A stretch of DNA of 64,000 bases from Macrostomum lignano (lineage: Eukaryota): the NCBI GenBank assembly GCA_002269645.1, contig NIVC01001379.1, forward strand, positions 62,001-126,000, read 5' to 3'. Every line of letters begins with the position of its first letter. Position 1 is the first letter of the stretch. A program made the position numbers and the translations under genes. Under the pieces are notes generated by a model. That model did not search any database, was not told the DNA's origin, and worked only from the letters and a program-made list of their open reading frames with translations. Positions 1 to 11,885 of the stretch are shown in pieces.

Positions 1-1324
1 TACGAAAATTAGATTTCTCGGTAGTTGCTCGCACTCTTTTGCACTACTTGAGTAGTCTGATTTTCGTTCGGCAGCTGGTTCCAGCAGGTAGTTCCTCTGG
101 ATAAAAGCGCTTACCGCGCCCATTGGCTTTCCAGCTGCCTTAATCGTTTCCGGTGATCTTGTGTGCGTGCATTCAGCTTGATTGGCTGCGGCAAGCAAGC
201 TCGAAAGAGCTCGCTTCGCTCGCTCTTTCTCGCTATCTACCATCTATTGCCAGGACCTGCACCGGAGCGGTTACGAAAATTAGATTTCTCGGTAGTTGCT
301 CGCACTCTTTTGCACTACTTGAGTAGTCTGATTTTCGTTCGGCAGCTGGTTCCAGCAGGTAGTTCCTCTGGATAAAAGCGCTTACCGCGCCCATTGGCTT
401 TCCAGCTGCCTTAATCGTTTCCGGTGATCTTGTGTGCGTGCATTCAGCTTGATTGGCTGCGGCAAGCAAGCTCGAAAGAGCTCGCTTCGCTCGCTCTTTC
501 TCGCTATCTACCATCTATTGCCAGGACCTGCACCGGAGCGGTTACGAAAATTAGATTTCTCGGTAGTTGCTCGCACTCTTTTGCACTACTTGAGTAGTCT
601 GATTTTCGTTCGGCAGCTGGTTCCAGCAGGTAGTTCCTCTGGATAAAAGCGCTTACCGCGCCCATTGGCTTTCCAGCTGCCTTAATCGTTTCCGGTGATC
701 TTGTGTGCGTGCATTCAGCTTGATTGGCTGCGGCAAGCAAGCTCGAAAGAGCTCGCTTCGCTCGCTCTTTCTCGCTATCTACCATCTATTGCCAGGACCT
801 GCACCGGAGCGGTTACGAAAATTAGATTTCTCGGTAGTTGCTCGCACTCTTTTGCACTACTTGAGTAGTCTGATTTTCGTTCGGCAGCTGGTTCCAGCAG
901 GTAGTTCCTCTGGATAAAAGCGCTTACCGCGCCCATTGGCTTTCCAGCTGCCTTAATCGTTTCCGGTGATCTTGTGTGCGTGCATTCAGCTTGATTGGCT
1001 GCGGCAAGCAAGCTCGAAAGAGCTCGCTTCGCTCGCTCTTTCTCGCTATCTACCATCTATTGCCAGGACCTGCACCGGAGCGGTTACGAAAATTAGATTT
1101 CTCGGTAGTTGCTCGCACTCTTTTGCACTACTTGAGTAGTCTGATTTTCGTTCGGCAGCTGGTTCCAGCAGGTAGTTCCTCTGGATAAAAGCGCTTACCG
1201 CGCCCATTGGCTTTCCAGCTGCCTTAATCGTTTCCGGTGATCTTGTGTGCGTGCATTCAGCTTGATTGGCTGCGGCAAGCAAGCTCGAAAGAGCTCGCTT
1301 CGCTCGCTCTTTCTCGCTATCTAC
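1..1324. repeat. 271-bp tandem repeat (4 full copies + ~0.9 copy in window; runs off the left edge)
   Basis: Units start at 1, 272, 543, 814 and 1085. The ORF track gives identical translations at 271-bp offsets, so copies appear identical. The unit has extensive internal complementarity. Confidence 0.97.
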
Positions 1325-1386
1325 TATCTATCTATCTATCTATCTATCTACAATATCTATCTATCTATCTATCTATCTATCTACAA

Positions 1387-1455
<69 letters not shown>

Positions 1456-1473
1456 CTATCTATATATATATAT
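1325..1473. repeat. (TATC)n / (TA)n microsatellite terminating the 271-bp array
   Basis: Direct reading. It begins where the unit carries CTATCTACCATCTAT. Confidence 0.95.
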
Positions 1474-1529
1474 CCGCTGGAATAGTAGTTTACTAGCCAA
1501 TCCCAACCCCCGTTGGGGCTTTCCGTCCA

Positions 1530-4175
1530 AACTCCAACCACAGTTTTCCCCATCCACAAAATCCCCGATGCAAAGAATCTCACATGCAAAGAATCCCCCA
1601 TCCAAAGAACCCCTATCGATAGAATCACCGATCCGAAGAATTCCCCATTCAATGAATCCCCTACTCAAGAAATTCCCGATCTACAGAAGCCCCCTATCTA
1701 AAGAATCCCCATCCAAAGAATCTCTCATCCACAGAATCCCCATCCAAAGAATCCCTCATCCACAGAATCCAAATACCCTGGTATAAAGAATCCTCCATCC
1801 ATCCCTATCCAAAGAATTTCCTCATTCATTCCTATCCAAAGAATTTCCTCATTCATTCCTACCTAAAGAATCCCCCATCCATCCATATCCAAAGAATCCC
1901 CCCCAATTAATCCCCGTCCAAATAATTCACATCATAATCCCCATCTAAATAAACCATAGATCTCCCATCTAAATAATCCGCCATCAAAGAAATAATTGGC
2001 CAAAGAATTCCCTCATCTAAAGAACCCCGTCCGAATAATCCCCATCCAACGAATCCAAAGAATCTCCCATCCAAATAATCCCCCTATTAATAGAATTCTT
2101 GGCCAAAGAATCCCCTCATCTAAAGAACCCCCGTCCAAATAACCCCCCCCCATCTAGCGAATCCTTCATCTAAAGAATCAACTATTCGAAAAACCCTCCA
2201 TCGAAACAATACCCCATCAAAGTAATTCCCTAATGAATCACCTATCCAAAGATATCCATTAGAAGCATCCCTCATCCAAAGAATCATCAATCCGTAGAAT
2301 TCCCCAAAAACTTAACATCTCAGCAATTCCCCCGAGCCTCGACACCTCATAAAATTCCCCCAAGCCTTGACATCTTACCAATTTCCCCCCGTCCAAAGCC
2401 TTGACATCTTACCAGTTTCTCCCCGTCCGAAGCCTTGACATCTCAGCAGTTCCCCGTTAAGCCTTGAAATCTCAGCAATTCTCCCCCACAAGTCTTGCAT
2501 CTCAGCAAGTCCCTCTTAAGCCTTCACATCTAATTAATTCCAATAGGTAAGATTTTATACATGTATTTCAATAATTCCCCCTATAAATCTTGACATCTTA
2601 GAATTCTCTTTCGAGCAAGCATCCCCTGATAGAAAGTACCCCCACCAAGATTAGTGAAACAATTTCCTCAGCTAGCCAATTCCAACCCCCGTTGGGGCTA
2701 TTCGTCCAAACTCCAACCAGTTTTTCCACGCAATAAAATTTCACCCAACTGAATCTCAAATTTAAAGAATCCCCCATCGAAAGAATCCACCACCCATAGA
2801 ATCCACGATACAAAGAATCTCACATGCAGAGAATCCCCATCCAAAGAAACCCCCATCGATAGAATCCCCGATCCGAAGAATTCCCCTTCCAATGAATCCC
2901 CCATCGACAGAATCCCCTATCCAAAGAAGCCCCATCCATCCCTATCCAAAGAATCCCCCATCCACAGAATCCCGATCAAAATAATGCAAATATTCTCTCA
3001 TCCAAATAAACCTCCACAAAAGAATCATTGAATCTGAAGAATCTGAATCTTGAGTCCCCTCATCTAAAGAACCCCGTCCAAATAATCCAAAGAATCATAC
3101 TCCAAAATAGTCTCCATCTAAAGAATCCAAAGAATCTCCCATCTAAATAATCCCCATCAATAAAATCCTAGGCCAAAGAATCCTTCATCTAAAGAATCCC
3201 CATTCAAAGAACCCTCCATCGAAAGAATCCCCCATCGATGGAATTTCCCAATGAATCAGCTATCTAAAGATATCTATTAGAAGCAGCCCTCATGGAAGGA
3301 ACCCCCAATCCAAAGAATTCCCCCCCCCCAAGACTTGACATCTCAACAATTCCCCCCAAGCCTTGATACCTCAGTTCATTCTCTCTTAAGCTTTGACATC
3401 TCAGCAATTCGCTCTCAAGACTTGAAATTTCAGGAATTCCCCTGCCAAGACTTGACATCTCAGCAGTCCTCCAAGTAAGCCTTTATATCTCAGTGATTCC
3501 CCCAGTAAGCCTTGACATCTCAGCAGTCCTCCAAGTAAGCCTTTATATCTCAGTGATTCCCCCAGTAAGCCTTGACATCTCAGCAGTCCTCCAAGTAAGC
3601 CTTTATATCTCAGTGATTCCCCCAGTAAGCCTTGACATCTCAGCAGTCCTCCAAGTAAGCCTTTATATCTCAGTGATTCCCCCAGTAAGTCTTAACATCT
3701 CAGTGATTCCCCCATGCCTTGACATTTTAGAAATTCCCCCCACGCCAGCAGTTCCCCCATTAAGCCTTTATATCTCAGAAATTCCCCCCACGCCAGCAGT
3801 TCCCCCATTAAGCCTTTATATCTCAGAAATTCCCCCCCAAGCCTTAACATCTCAGCGATACCCCCACCAAGCCTTGGCGTCTCAGAAAGTCCCTCTTCAG
3901 CCTTGAGAGCGAATTGCTGAGATGTCAAAGCTTAAGAGAGAATGAACTGAGGTGTCAAGGCTCAGTGATTTCCTCAGTAGGTCTTCACAACTTAGCAATT
4001 TCTCCCCGTCCAAGAGCCTGACATCTCAGAAATTCCCCCACGCCTTGAAACCTCAGCAATTTCCTTTTGGCATCTCAGCAAGTCCCTTTAAGGCTTGACA
4101 TCTCAGTAATTCCCCAGTAAGCCTGCATATCTGAATAATTCCCCAGTATGTCTTGACATCTTAGCAATCTCACCC
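1530..4175. repeat. Degenerate minisatellite tracts (AAGAATCCCCATCC-like and CCTTGACATCTCAGCAATTCCCC-like), incl. a perfect 60-bp (2x30) higher-order repeat at ~3440-3700
   Basis: Sequence lines 3481, 3541 and 3601 are identical. The two motif families alternate twice (1530-2520 and 2760-4175). Confidence 0.9.
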
Positions 4176-4440
4176 GATCAAGCATGCCCTAAGAGCAAGC
4201 GTCCTTTCGATAGCAAGCATCCCCTGATAGAAAGTAACCCAAGCAAGACAGTGAAACAATTAACTCAGCTAGTACAATAATTAGTTTCTTATCTAGTGCA
4301 ATAATCCTTTTCAAAATTCAAAGTTTAATAAAAAAATTTGAATATACTACATGAACGCTCGTAGCTTCTTCTTTTTTACCTGATTTACCGGACGTTTTTT
4401 AAAGTTAAAATTTTTAATAAAAAAACTTTTACTCTCTAAA

Positions 4441-4500
4441 AATTCGAACCCACGTCGCTGCAATAGCAGTTCAGTCTGTTCACCTCTAGGCTAACTCATC
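4441..4500 (-). other. tRNA-derived (Pol III A/B box) remnant
   Basis: Minus strand TAGCCTAGAGG (A-box-like, 4493-4483) and GGTTCGAATT (B-box, 4450-4441), 32 nt apart, followed by T-runs. No acceptor stem. Confidence 0.4.
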
Positions 4501-5151
4501 GTTTTGATAACATGAATTGTAGCATATATAATTCAACACCGAAAACTCCAAGCATAGAAATCACTCGAAGCAAGTTATGACATAATCAATTTCTCAGGCA
4601 GGCAATATCAGTTTCAATTATTAAAGTCAACTATTAAAGTGAACAATATGGTTACGCAATCTAAATTGAAATCTAATGGCGCTGGCTTGAATTGCGGAGT
4701 TGCGATAAAGTAGGGGTTTGCGATATGGAAGAGCGTAATATGAGTATGTAAAGCATCCAGAATTTTTATTATACCCCCCCCCTTAATTGGTTACGCAAGT
4801 TAAATAGAGTAATTATCTGGGCAGTGGGGCAAAGTGAATTTTCTTATCAGTTGGCTCTGGCGCAATCATTAAAATTGGCTGTGAAGTTTCTCGCTGCGCG
4901 CAGGCTGATAAAAAAATACACTAAAAAGGCCATTTAAAACAGTTTTTCGAATATTTAATCCCCTTAGCATTGAGCTAGAGCTTAATAAAATTACATGTAC
5001 CGTCCCGGGCACATTTGACATCTTTTGGCGAAGAAACGGAGAAAATCGGTTGAGCCTTTTGGGAGATAACCTGTTACATACCCACAGACAGACAGGGCCG
5101 GTGGAGGGGGGGTTGCTACTTTAAATATATTAGATCTATGATACATTCAGA

Positions 5152-8100
5152 TTACCTATTACCTAGTAAGCTGTCTTGCTTTTTAGGTTCAGTCGGTTGA
5201 TGAGGCACCGCAGCCTCCGGATCGAATCGGTCCTCATCTGTTGCATCCGCCTGCTGATTACAGTGGAGATCATTGGAGCGTGGATTTCAAGGTTAGGATT
5301 TTAATTGATTGGGTTGACAAACTGCAGCAAACCAGAACTTTACCTGCTCCCCTGCGCAATTGTCACTGAGCAGCGCGGACCGCATCTCGGCGCTCAGCGG
5401 CTCGTGTGAAAACCGGCACTCTTTGCCTAATCGGCAGAAGCCACCCAGGTGAAAGTATTTGCACGGGAACTCCGAGTGCATGAACAGGCATTCAGAGTCG
5501 GATTTGAGACAGGCACCCATTGCGTAGAATTTGCATAGCAACGGCTTCTTTGGCACCTGGCCAGTGTGACTGAATGGACAATTCTCTCCCTGTGAAGCAA
5601 AGAAAAGTTATTTTGAAAAATAATTGTGCATCTCAACTTCGATCAAGAGATTTTCAAGACCGTTGAAAATCATCGAGAAGACACCTTTAGTTCGGAGGTG
5701 TCTGCTGTAGTACAAAAACACCTGTACCTCAGACACACCTATAAATCCGGCACTGCTGTAGTACAAACACACCTGTACCTCAGACACACCTATAAATCCG
5801 GCACTGCTGTAGTACAAACACACCTGTACCTCAGACACACCTATAAATCCGGCACTGCTGTAGTACAAACACACCTGTACCTCAGACACACCGATAAATC
5901 CGGCACTGCTGTAGTACAAACACACCTGTACCTCAGACACACCGATAAATCCGGCACTGCTGTAGTACAAACACACCTGTACCTCAGACACACCTATAAA
6001 TCCGGCACTGCTGTAGTACAAACACACCTGTACCTCAGACACACCGATAAATCCGGCACTGCTGTAGTACAAACACACCTGTACCTCAGACACACCGATA
6101 AATCTGGCACTGCTGTAGTACAAACACACCTGTACCTCAGACACACCTATAAATCCGGCACTGCTGTAGTACAAACACACCTGTACCTCAGATCAGACAC
6201 ACCGATAAATCTGGCACTGCTGTAGTACAAACACACCTGTGCCTCAGACACACCTATAAATCCGGCACTGCTGTAGTACAAACACACCTGTACCTCAGAC
6301 ACACCTATAAATATCCGGCACTGCTGTAGTACAAACACACCTGTACCTCAGATCAGACACACCGATAAATCTGGCACTGCTGTAGTACAAACACACCTGT
6401 ACCTCAGACACACCTATAAATCCGGCACTGCTGTAGTACAAACACACCTGTACCTCAGACACACCTATAAATATCCGGCACTGCTGTAGTACAAACACAC
6501 CTGTACCTCAGATCAGACACACCGATAAATCTGGCACTGCTGTAGTACAAACACACCTGTACCTCAGACACACCTATAAATCCGGCACTGCTGTAGTACA
6601 AACACACCTGTACCTCAGACACACCGATAAATCTGGCACTGCTGTAGTACAAACACACCTGTACCTCAGACACACCTATAAATCCGGCACTGCTGTAGTA
6701 CACACCTGAAAATCAGGCACCCAAGCGAACTTTCAAAGGTAAAAAACGCAGCGTCACAGGCAAATCCAATTAGCAAAACAAGCCAGCACCTTGTTGCAGC
6801 GTCCTTCCATGTAGAACGAGCAAACGGGCGGCTCGCTTTTTAACGGTTTCTGCTGCTTTTTTCGCGCCAACCCCGGCATGTTGGAAGACGACTTTCGCTG
6901 GCCGCGTCTTTTCGGCGGAGGCTTTCGGAATGAAAGCGCGCTACGGCTGTTAGCCGCGCTGGGCTCGCGCTGCAGACTCTCCTGAACGGCTACGTTGAGA
7001 TCTTCGTAGCCTTGAAAGTCGCGGTCGTCACCTTCGCGTCTGTAGTACTCGTCGTCTTCGAACCCATAGCTGAATCCTGCAGCTGCTGAAGCATTGGATG
7101 CTGCCGCCGTGTCGAAACCGTCTGGAAACTGCGGCTGCTGCGGTTGGTCTAGGCCTTCACTGTGCTGTCGTCGACGCGAAGACTGCATGGGTTGTGATGG
7201 CAGTAAATGATCGGATTGAAGAAATAGAAATATATAAATATAATACGACCAGTGAGTTGACCTGCCTGTTACATGTAAATTTTGACCCCAAGTTTCTTAG
7301 GAGAAAGTTGTCAAAAAGCTTCGACTTGGAAAGAAATTCAGCAAATGCTAAAATTTGTCGCTTTAACTACCAGGGGATTCTTTGCTGCGCCGGAACGGAG
7401 CAACGCAGGCGCACGAAATTCAAGAACACACGGACACTAAGTTTTTGCTGCGCACCTTTTCAAACAAGTCGAGAGCCTTTTGGACCATCCAACAATTCTG
7501 CCAGATAGTCGGAAGGGGTCTGATCAAGCCTCGACAGTGGACAAGCTTTAACTGCTGGACATCGTCAGCTGGTCTCTCAAGCATTCGCAGTGCTGATTGG
7601 CACACATAGGTGTATTCAATACTTTCAATTCAATTGAGAAGATGCTTTCTTGCATTTCATGGGTCGGCGTTGCTCTTTTCCGCGCAGCAAAAAATCTCAG
7701 GGAGGGGCTAATCTAATCCCCTTTTGGTAGTTCGACGGGCGGAAAAACGGTTGATATTGCTACTGCTAAAACTACGATTGCACAGCTGGAAGTTCTCGTT
7801 AAATGCAAGAGATCTATTTTGTGTCTGCCAGGAGGCTTGGCTACTGCCTATACGAGAGGTTTAGTGTTTCTTCTCAGCTCTCTTCTCTTCCCATGATTTA
7901 CATGGACAATAATATTCCCGTGGATAATAAACGTGGACTTCTACGAAAGCAGCAATCTACATTTTCACAGATGAAGTTTCCAAGTCTCAATGAGAACTAT
8001 CAAAATGAAAAGGTAGGGTAGGGTCTTATACCTGAATGTCATTAACAATAGTTCCTATCGATTGTTTGCCCAAGAAAATTACCTTGCTTTTATCCTTTGA

Positions 8101-8313
8101 TTTGCTGATTTTAGCCTTTTTAGACTTCGAATTTTGGCCACTGTTTGAATGCATCGAATCGCTGGACTTGCGCTTGCCGCGACTTTTGTGCTTCGAGTTC
8201 GAATGTTCTTTAGAACCGGAAGGCGGGCCCTCCTCATTGGCTGAGTCGACTGAGGCGTCGATCTCGCCGTCCTCCAGGTCGGCTGGCAGACTGTCTAATT
8301 CGCTAGTCATCAT
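5152..8313 (-). CDS. Triple CCCH zinc-finger protein, ZC3H4/ZC3H6/ZC3H8 (Su(s)) family, ~322 aa, 4 coding exons
   Basis: Exons 8313-8083, 7182-6790, 5589-5344 and 5250-5152; all phase 0 with GT-AG introns. Fingers CSFYMEGRCNKGENCPFSH, CKFYAMGACLKSDSECLFMH and SEFPCKYFHLGGFCRLGKECRFSHEPL match this family's tandem-finger pattern. N-terminal DLEDGEI motif. Confidence 0.85.
5700..6703. repeat. 51-bp minisatellite (~20 copies) in intron 2 of the CCCH gene
   Basis: Unit CACCTGTACCTCAGACACACCTATAAATCCGGCACTGCTGTAGTACAAACA. It explains the repetitive ORFs 5608-6703. Confidence 0.95.
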
Positions 8314-10445
8314 GCTCTCTCGCTCAGCTTTGCAGTGTTTATATAATTGCTTTTGATGGAGTCAGTTGCAATGGGTGCGTAGCCTATACAGCTTTATGTG
8401 GCCTGATTAATGATGCGCTGTCGCTGAAAGTAGAGAAATTAGAGGGAGCTGCAGAATCGTGATTTGCGCACTGTCGAGTTTGTTAATCTCGACGCTGCAT
8501 GAACAAGCTGTGTTGACACCCGCCACCAAGTGATTTTGGAAATCAGACCCTAGGAAAATAAATATGCTACAAGCGGTGCAGATGATCAGAAAAACGGCTC
8601 GAGCTTATATTTATGATGGTGTACGTGAACTATAGATTGAGATTTAAATAAGCCAAGCGTTAGTCGAGCAGATGCTAGTGTTCTCTACCGTTTTGCTTTA
8701 TTTTTTACGTAGGATCTTGTTGAGAAAGTTGACATTCGTATTTTCGTGAATCATATCACATATCATAAATATATTTATTATCGGTTGTTAAATTAGTTGT
8801 TAAGTTGTTTAAGTGCACTATGATGTAAAAAACTTCGAACAATTTTGATTAGTTGCATGGATAAAAGAGATGCAGAGCGCCACTGACGCACTTTATGGCG
8901 TTTAGAAAGTTATAGACAAACAAACAATAATGAGTGTTTGCAGGTCGTTCTACTATGCAGTAGCACTGTATGGCTAATACCTAATTGAAATTTGCCTAAA
9001 TTTTACTATTTTACTCAGGATTTTATTAAAATCTTAAATAGCTAAAACTTACAAAAAGTCGACAAATAGATCATCGAAGTAGTTACAGATAGCTAAATTA
9101 CAGATTATGCATAAGTAATTTGCATGCCAATGCCTCTAGTGAGAAATGCTTTAAATATCATGAAATATGACTAGGACTAGGTCATTTAAATTAATTTATT
9201 GAGGAAATTTAAATTTCCAACATTGCAGTTTTTAAAAATAATTATTCACGTTAATTAGTCAGCTCAGTGTCAAATTTAGACATGATTTTTGTTATTTATT
9301 ATAATTAAATCAAATTCTTTATACTATAAAACGAGAAAATATAATATAGTTTCAGAAGTGAAGTCTAGGACTCTTCAGTCTTGTTTATCGAGTCAACGTT
9401 AAGAATTTCAGGATCTTACGTTTGAATTTATGGGACTTATTAGTTAAGTAACATTGAATTTGATGTTATTGATCTTACTGGTAATAAAATATCGCTACAA
9501 TGCCAAATGGACTGGATTCTTTAGATTGGAACCAGGCAACTGCAGAATAAAGCAGGCCTCTACACGAATTTAAGAGCCGAGGCAGAGTTTCAGTCTTTCG
9601 ATTCTTTTCCTCAAAGAGAAAACTTGTTCACTTGTAGATTTCAATTCGTTTAATTTTGTTTCGCCTTTCTGCTGTCTCTTGTCTGCTGTGTGGAGTCGAG
9701 GAGGCGAAATAGAAATGCACAACACTAAGCTAGCTTGTTTGCAATAGGTCTGACCGCTGCGCTCGCTCGTCTCTCTCTGCTACGTTCATATAGACACCAC
9801 TCCCATTCCTGCTCTCCACTTTACCCCCCCCCCCCACCCCTCACCCCTTGGGGGGCCTACACTGAAAAACCCTCTCCCCACGGAATGACCTTGCTGCAGC
9901 TCCTCGCTGATTGGTCTGCCGACCACACTCACGTGGAGAATAGGCGGAGAGAAAACGCGTTGATAATTTTAGTCCAGCGAAGGGGAGCAGCACACTGGAA
10001 ATCGCTAAAAGTAGATAGCACATGCACATCCATGTACATTTACTTGTACAAAAAGCGATAGCTTGGATAACTAATTAATACTAAGTGGCGCATAAGTAGC
10101 CGAACCTGAAGAAGAAGACAAAATATAATATTAGTAATCCTATAATATATATTTTTATTTGTACTGCTAATGACTTCTTATTTTTTAGCTTTTATTTAGG
10201 CTCGGCTGCCACCTTGTACATGTGTAATATAACAACAAAAAATATTAATTTATGCCGAATAATTTCGTATATGTGCTAGCAACTAGCAGTCAGCGCCACC
10301 CCTTGGGAAGAAAGATATTAATTTTGAATTAGCTACATGTAGATTTTAAAACCTTGTACAGTTGCTATTTGTTAGCATCGTAAGGAAAATGATGTTTAAA
10401 GCAAAAAAGTATCAGCCCTGAAAGCCAGCAATGATCTATCTGGCC

Positions 10446-10535
10446 CAGGGGTCGGCAAATTTTTTACCTCAAGCTTAAGGGCCAGATACCACAGATAGAG
10501 AACCTAGAGCATGACTGCGGGCCGGAACAGGGGAG
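10446..10535 (+). mobile_element. Possible hAT-type terminal fragment
   Basis: CAGGGGTCGGCAAA..AAGGGCCAGAT..GCGGGCCG resembles hAT/Charlie MITE termini. No matching right TIR or TSD found. Confidence 0.25.
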
Positions 10536-10903
10536 AGAGGAGGGAATGGAGAAGAGATAAAGGATTTTAGCTAGGGGAAAGGAGCTGACGAGGGAAAACA
10601 GGAGAAGAGAGGAGAGACGTGAGGAGAGGAGAGTGAGGAGACAAGAGAGGAGAGGAGAGGACAGGGGAGATTAGAGAAACGATGTAAACGTTTAGCGGAC
10701 CAGATTGCTATTGCGAAGTTTCAAAAGGATCGCTTGGCTTGGCCTACCAACAACATCCAAATTGAGCTTTGACATCAGCAACCCTAGCGTTATCTAGCCA
10801 ATTAATTCATCAGCATTCAGCAACTCGATCCCCCCGTAAGCTTTGAAATCTCAGTTATAGTTAAAATCAGTGCTTTTATTCGCACAAGTTTAAATAGTGT
10901 TAC

Positions 10904-11217
10904 TGTAACAGGAACGGAGGCAGGACACTAAATTTGACTTTGAGCCTTGACCGCCCAATCACCAGCTTGCACAGCTGCCTGCTTACTAGGCACACTCTAA
11001 AGCATGGCCAGTAACAGTTCGAGCTATGATTCAGCATTTATTGGACTCACCATCGAGCTAAGGCGATGAAATTCAGCTGATATAAGTTACGAATATAAAG
11101 TATTGAACGAAACGAAAATATACGTGTATTATTACATTGCTATGCGATTACTTTGCTTTACTTAACACACGCCTCGAGTTGGCACCAATTTAAATTACGA
11201 AATTAAGGTGTACTACA
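10904..11217 (-). repeat. 3' LTR of the Gypsy element
   Basis: TGTAACAGG...TACTACA. Differs from the 5' LTR by a single A indel on visual comparison. Confidence 0.97.
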
Positions 11218-11239
11218 CTACCCCCTCGCGAAAAAAAAA
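11218..11239 (-). other. Polypurine tract with upstream U-box
   Basis: Minus strand TTTTTTTTT-CGC-GAGGGGGTAG directly abutting the 3' LTR. Confidence 0.85.
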
Positions 11240-11885
11240 CAATGTCCCCATTGCGCTGAAAATTGACAGTTCGAACAAAATCTACTTTATGAAAATATTT
11301 CTTTGACACAATACAAGTTGCGTTCAATGCACGCTCACAAGACGGACACTAAAGGATCGAATCGCGTATGAGCAAAAGTTAAAAGCCAACTTCAAAAATA
11401 GCGGCAAAATTCTTCAACCACAGCAATTTAGAACTTCACCAATGCAGTTTGAACCTAACGCGGAACGAAAATGCTCGAGTCTAATTCAATAGAGTATCGG
11501 ATGATGATCAACGCACATACCCTAACGGATGCTAAAAATCGAACAATTATGTCAATGCGGAATAAAAATGCAATATTCACTTCAACGCGAAAATTTACCA
11601 ATTTTTTTGAATTTAGAAAATATTGTTGAAATCGAAAATAAATATTTTGATAGCAAAATGCGATTTAATATATAAGGGAATATATAAAGCACCGGCCTGG
11701 AACTCGGAAACCACAACTGATTAAAACTCGAAAAGACAGCGGATTTGAATCTTAAAAACGAATTAAACGCAAAAAATACTCAGCCAAGTGACACGCAAAG
11801 GCAGCTCTGCTGGAACAGCGCACAAATGCACAACTCAAGCACAAACTGCGCAGGTCGCAGAAATCGGCAAAAAAGATTGTCAGAC

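Larger units (their letters stand above)
1493..5134 (-). mobile_element. Helitron-like non-autonomous composite element with a duplicated 3' end and internal minisatellites
   Basis: On minus: A|TCTAATATAT 5' end at 5134, with (CTGT)3 about 40 nt inside. 3' end CCCC-AAC-GGGG hairpin, then ~10 nt, then CTAG|T at 1493. A second hairpin+CTAG copy lies at 2672. The block GCAAGCATCCCCTGATAGAAAGTA..GTGAAACAAT..CTCAGCTAG recurs at ~2614-2675 and ~4213-4272. No Rep/helicase ORF. Confidence 0.55.

Noticed and set aside
45-75. Minus-strand AACGAAAAUCAGACUACUC resembles RNase P RNA CR-V
   Set aside because: No CR-I (GGAAnnUCnG) with a bulged P4 and no P1 closure. The complement is a simple local hairpin, so the match is probably coincidental.
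163-1786. Repeated 70-aa and 93-aa ORFs and YLSI-repeat ORFs
   Set aside because: They are products of the 271-bp and TATC repeats, with no domain or codon signal.
1530-3300. GAA-rich tracts as heat-shock element arrays (as in nematode Helitrons)
   Set aside because: GAA words are mostly unidirectional, without regular nGAAnnTTCn alternation.
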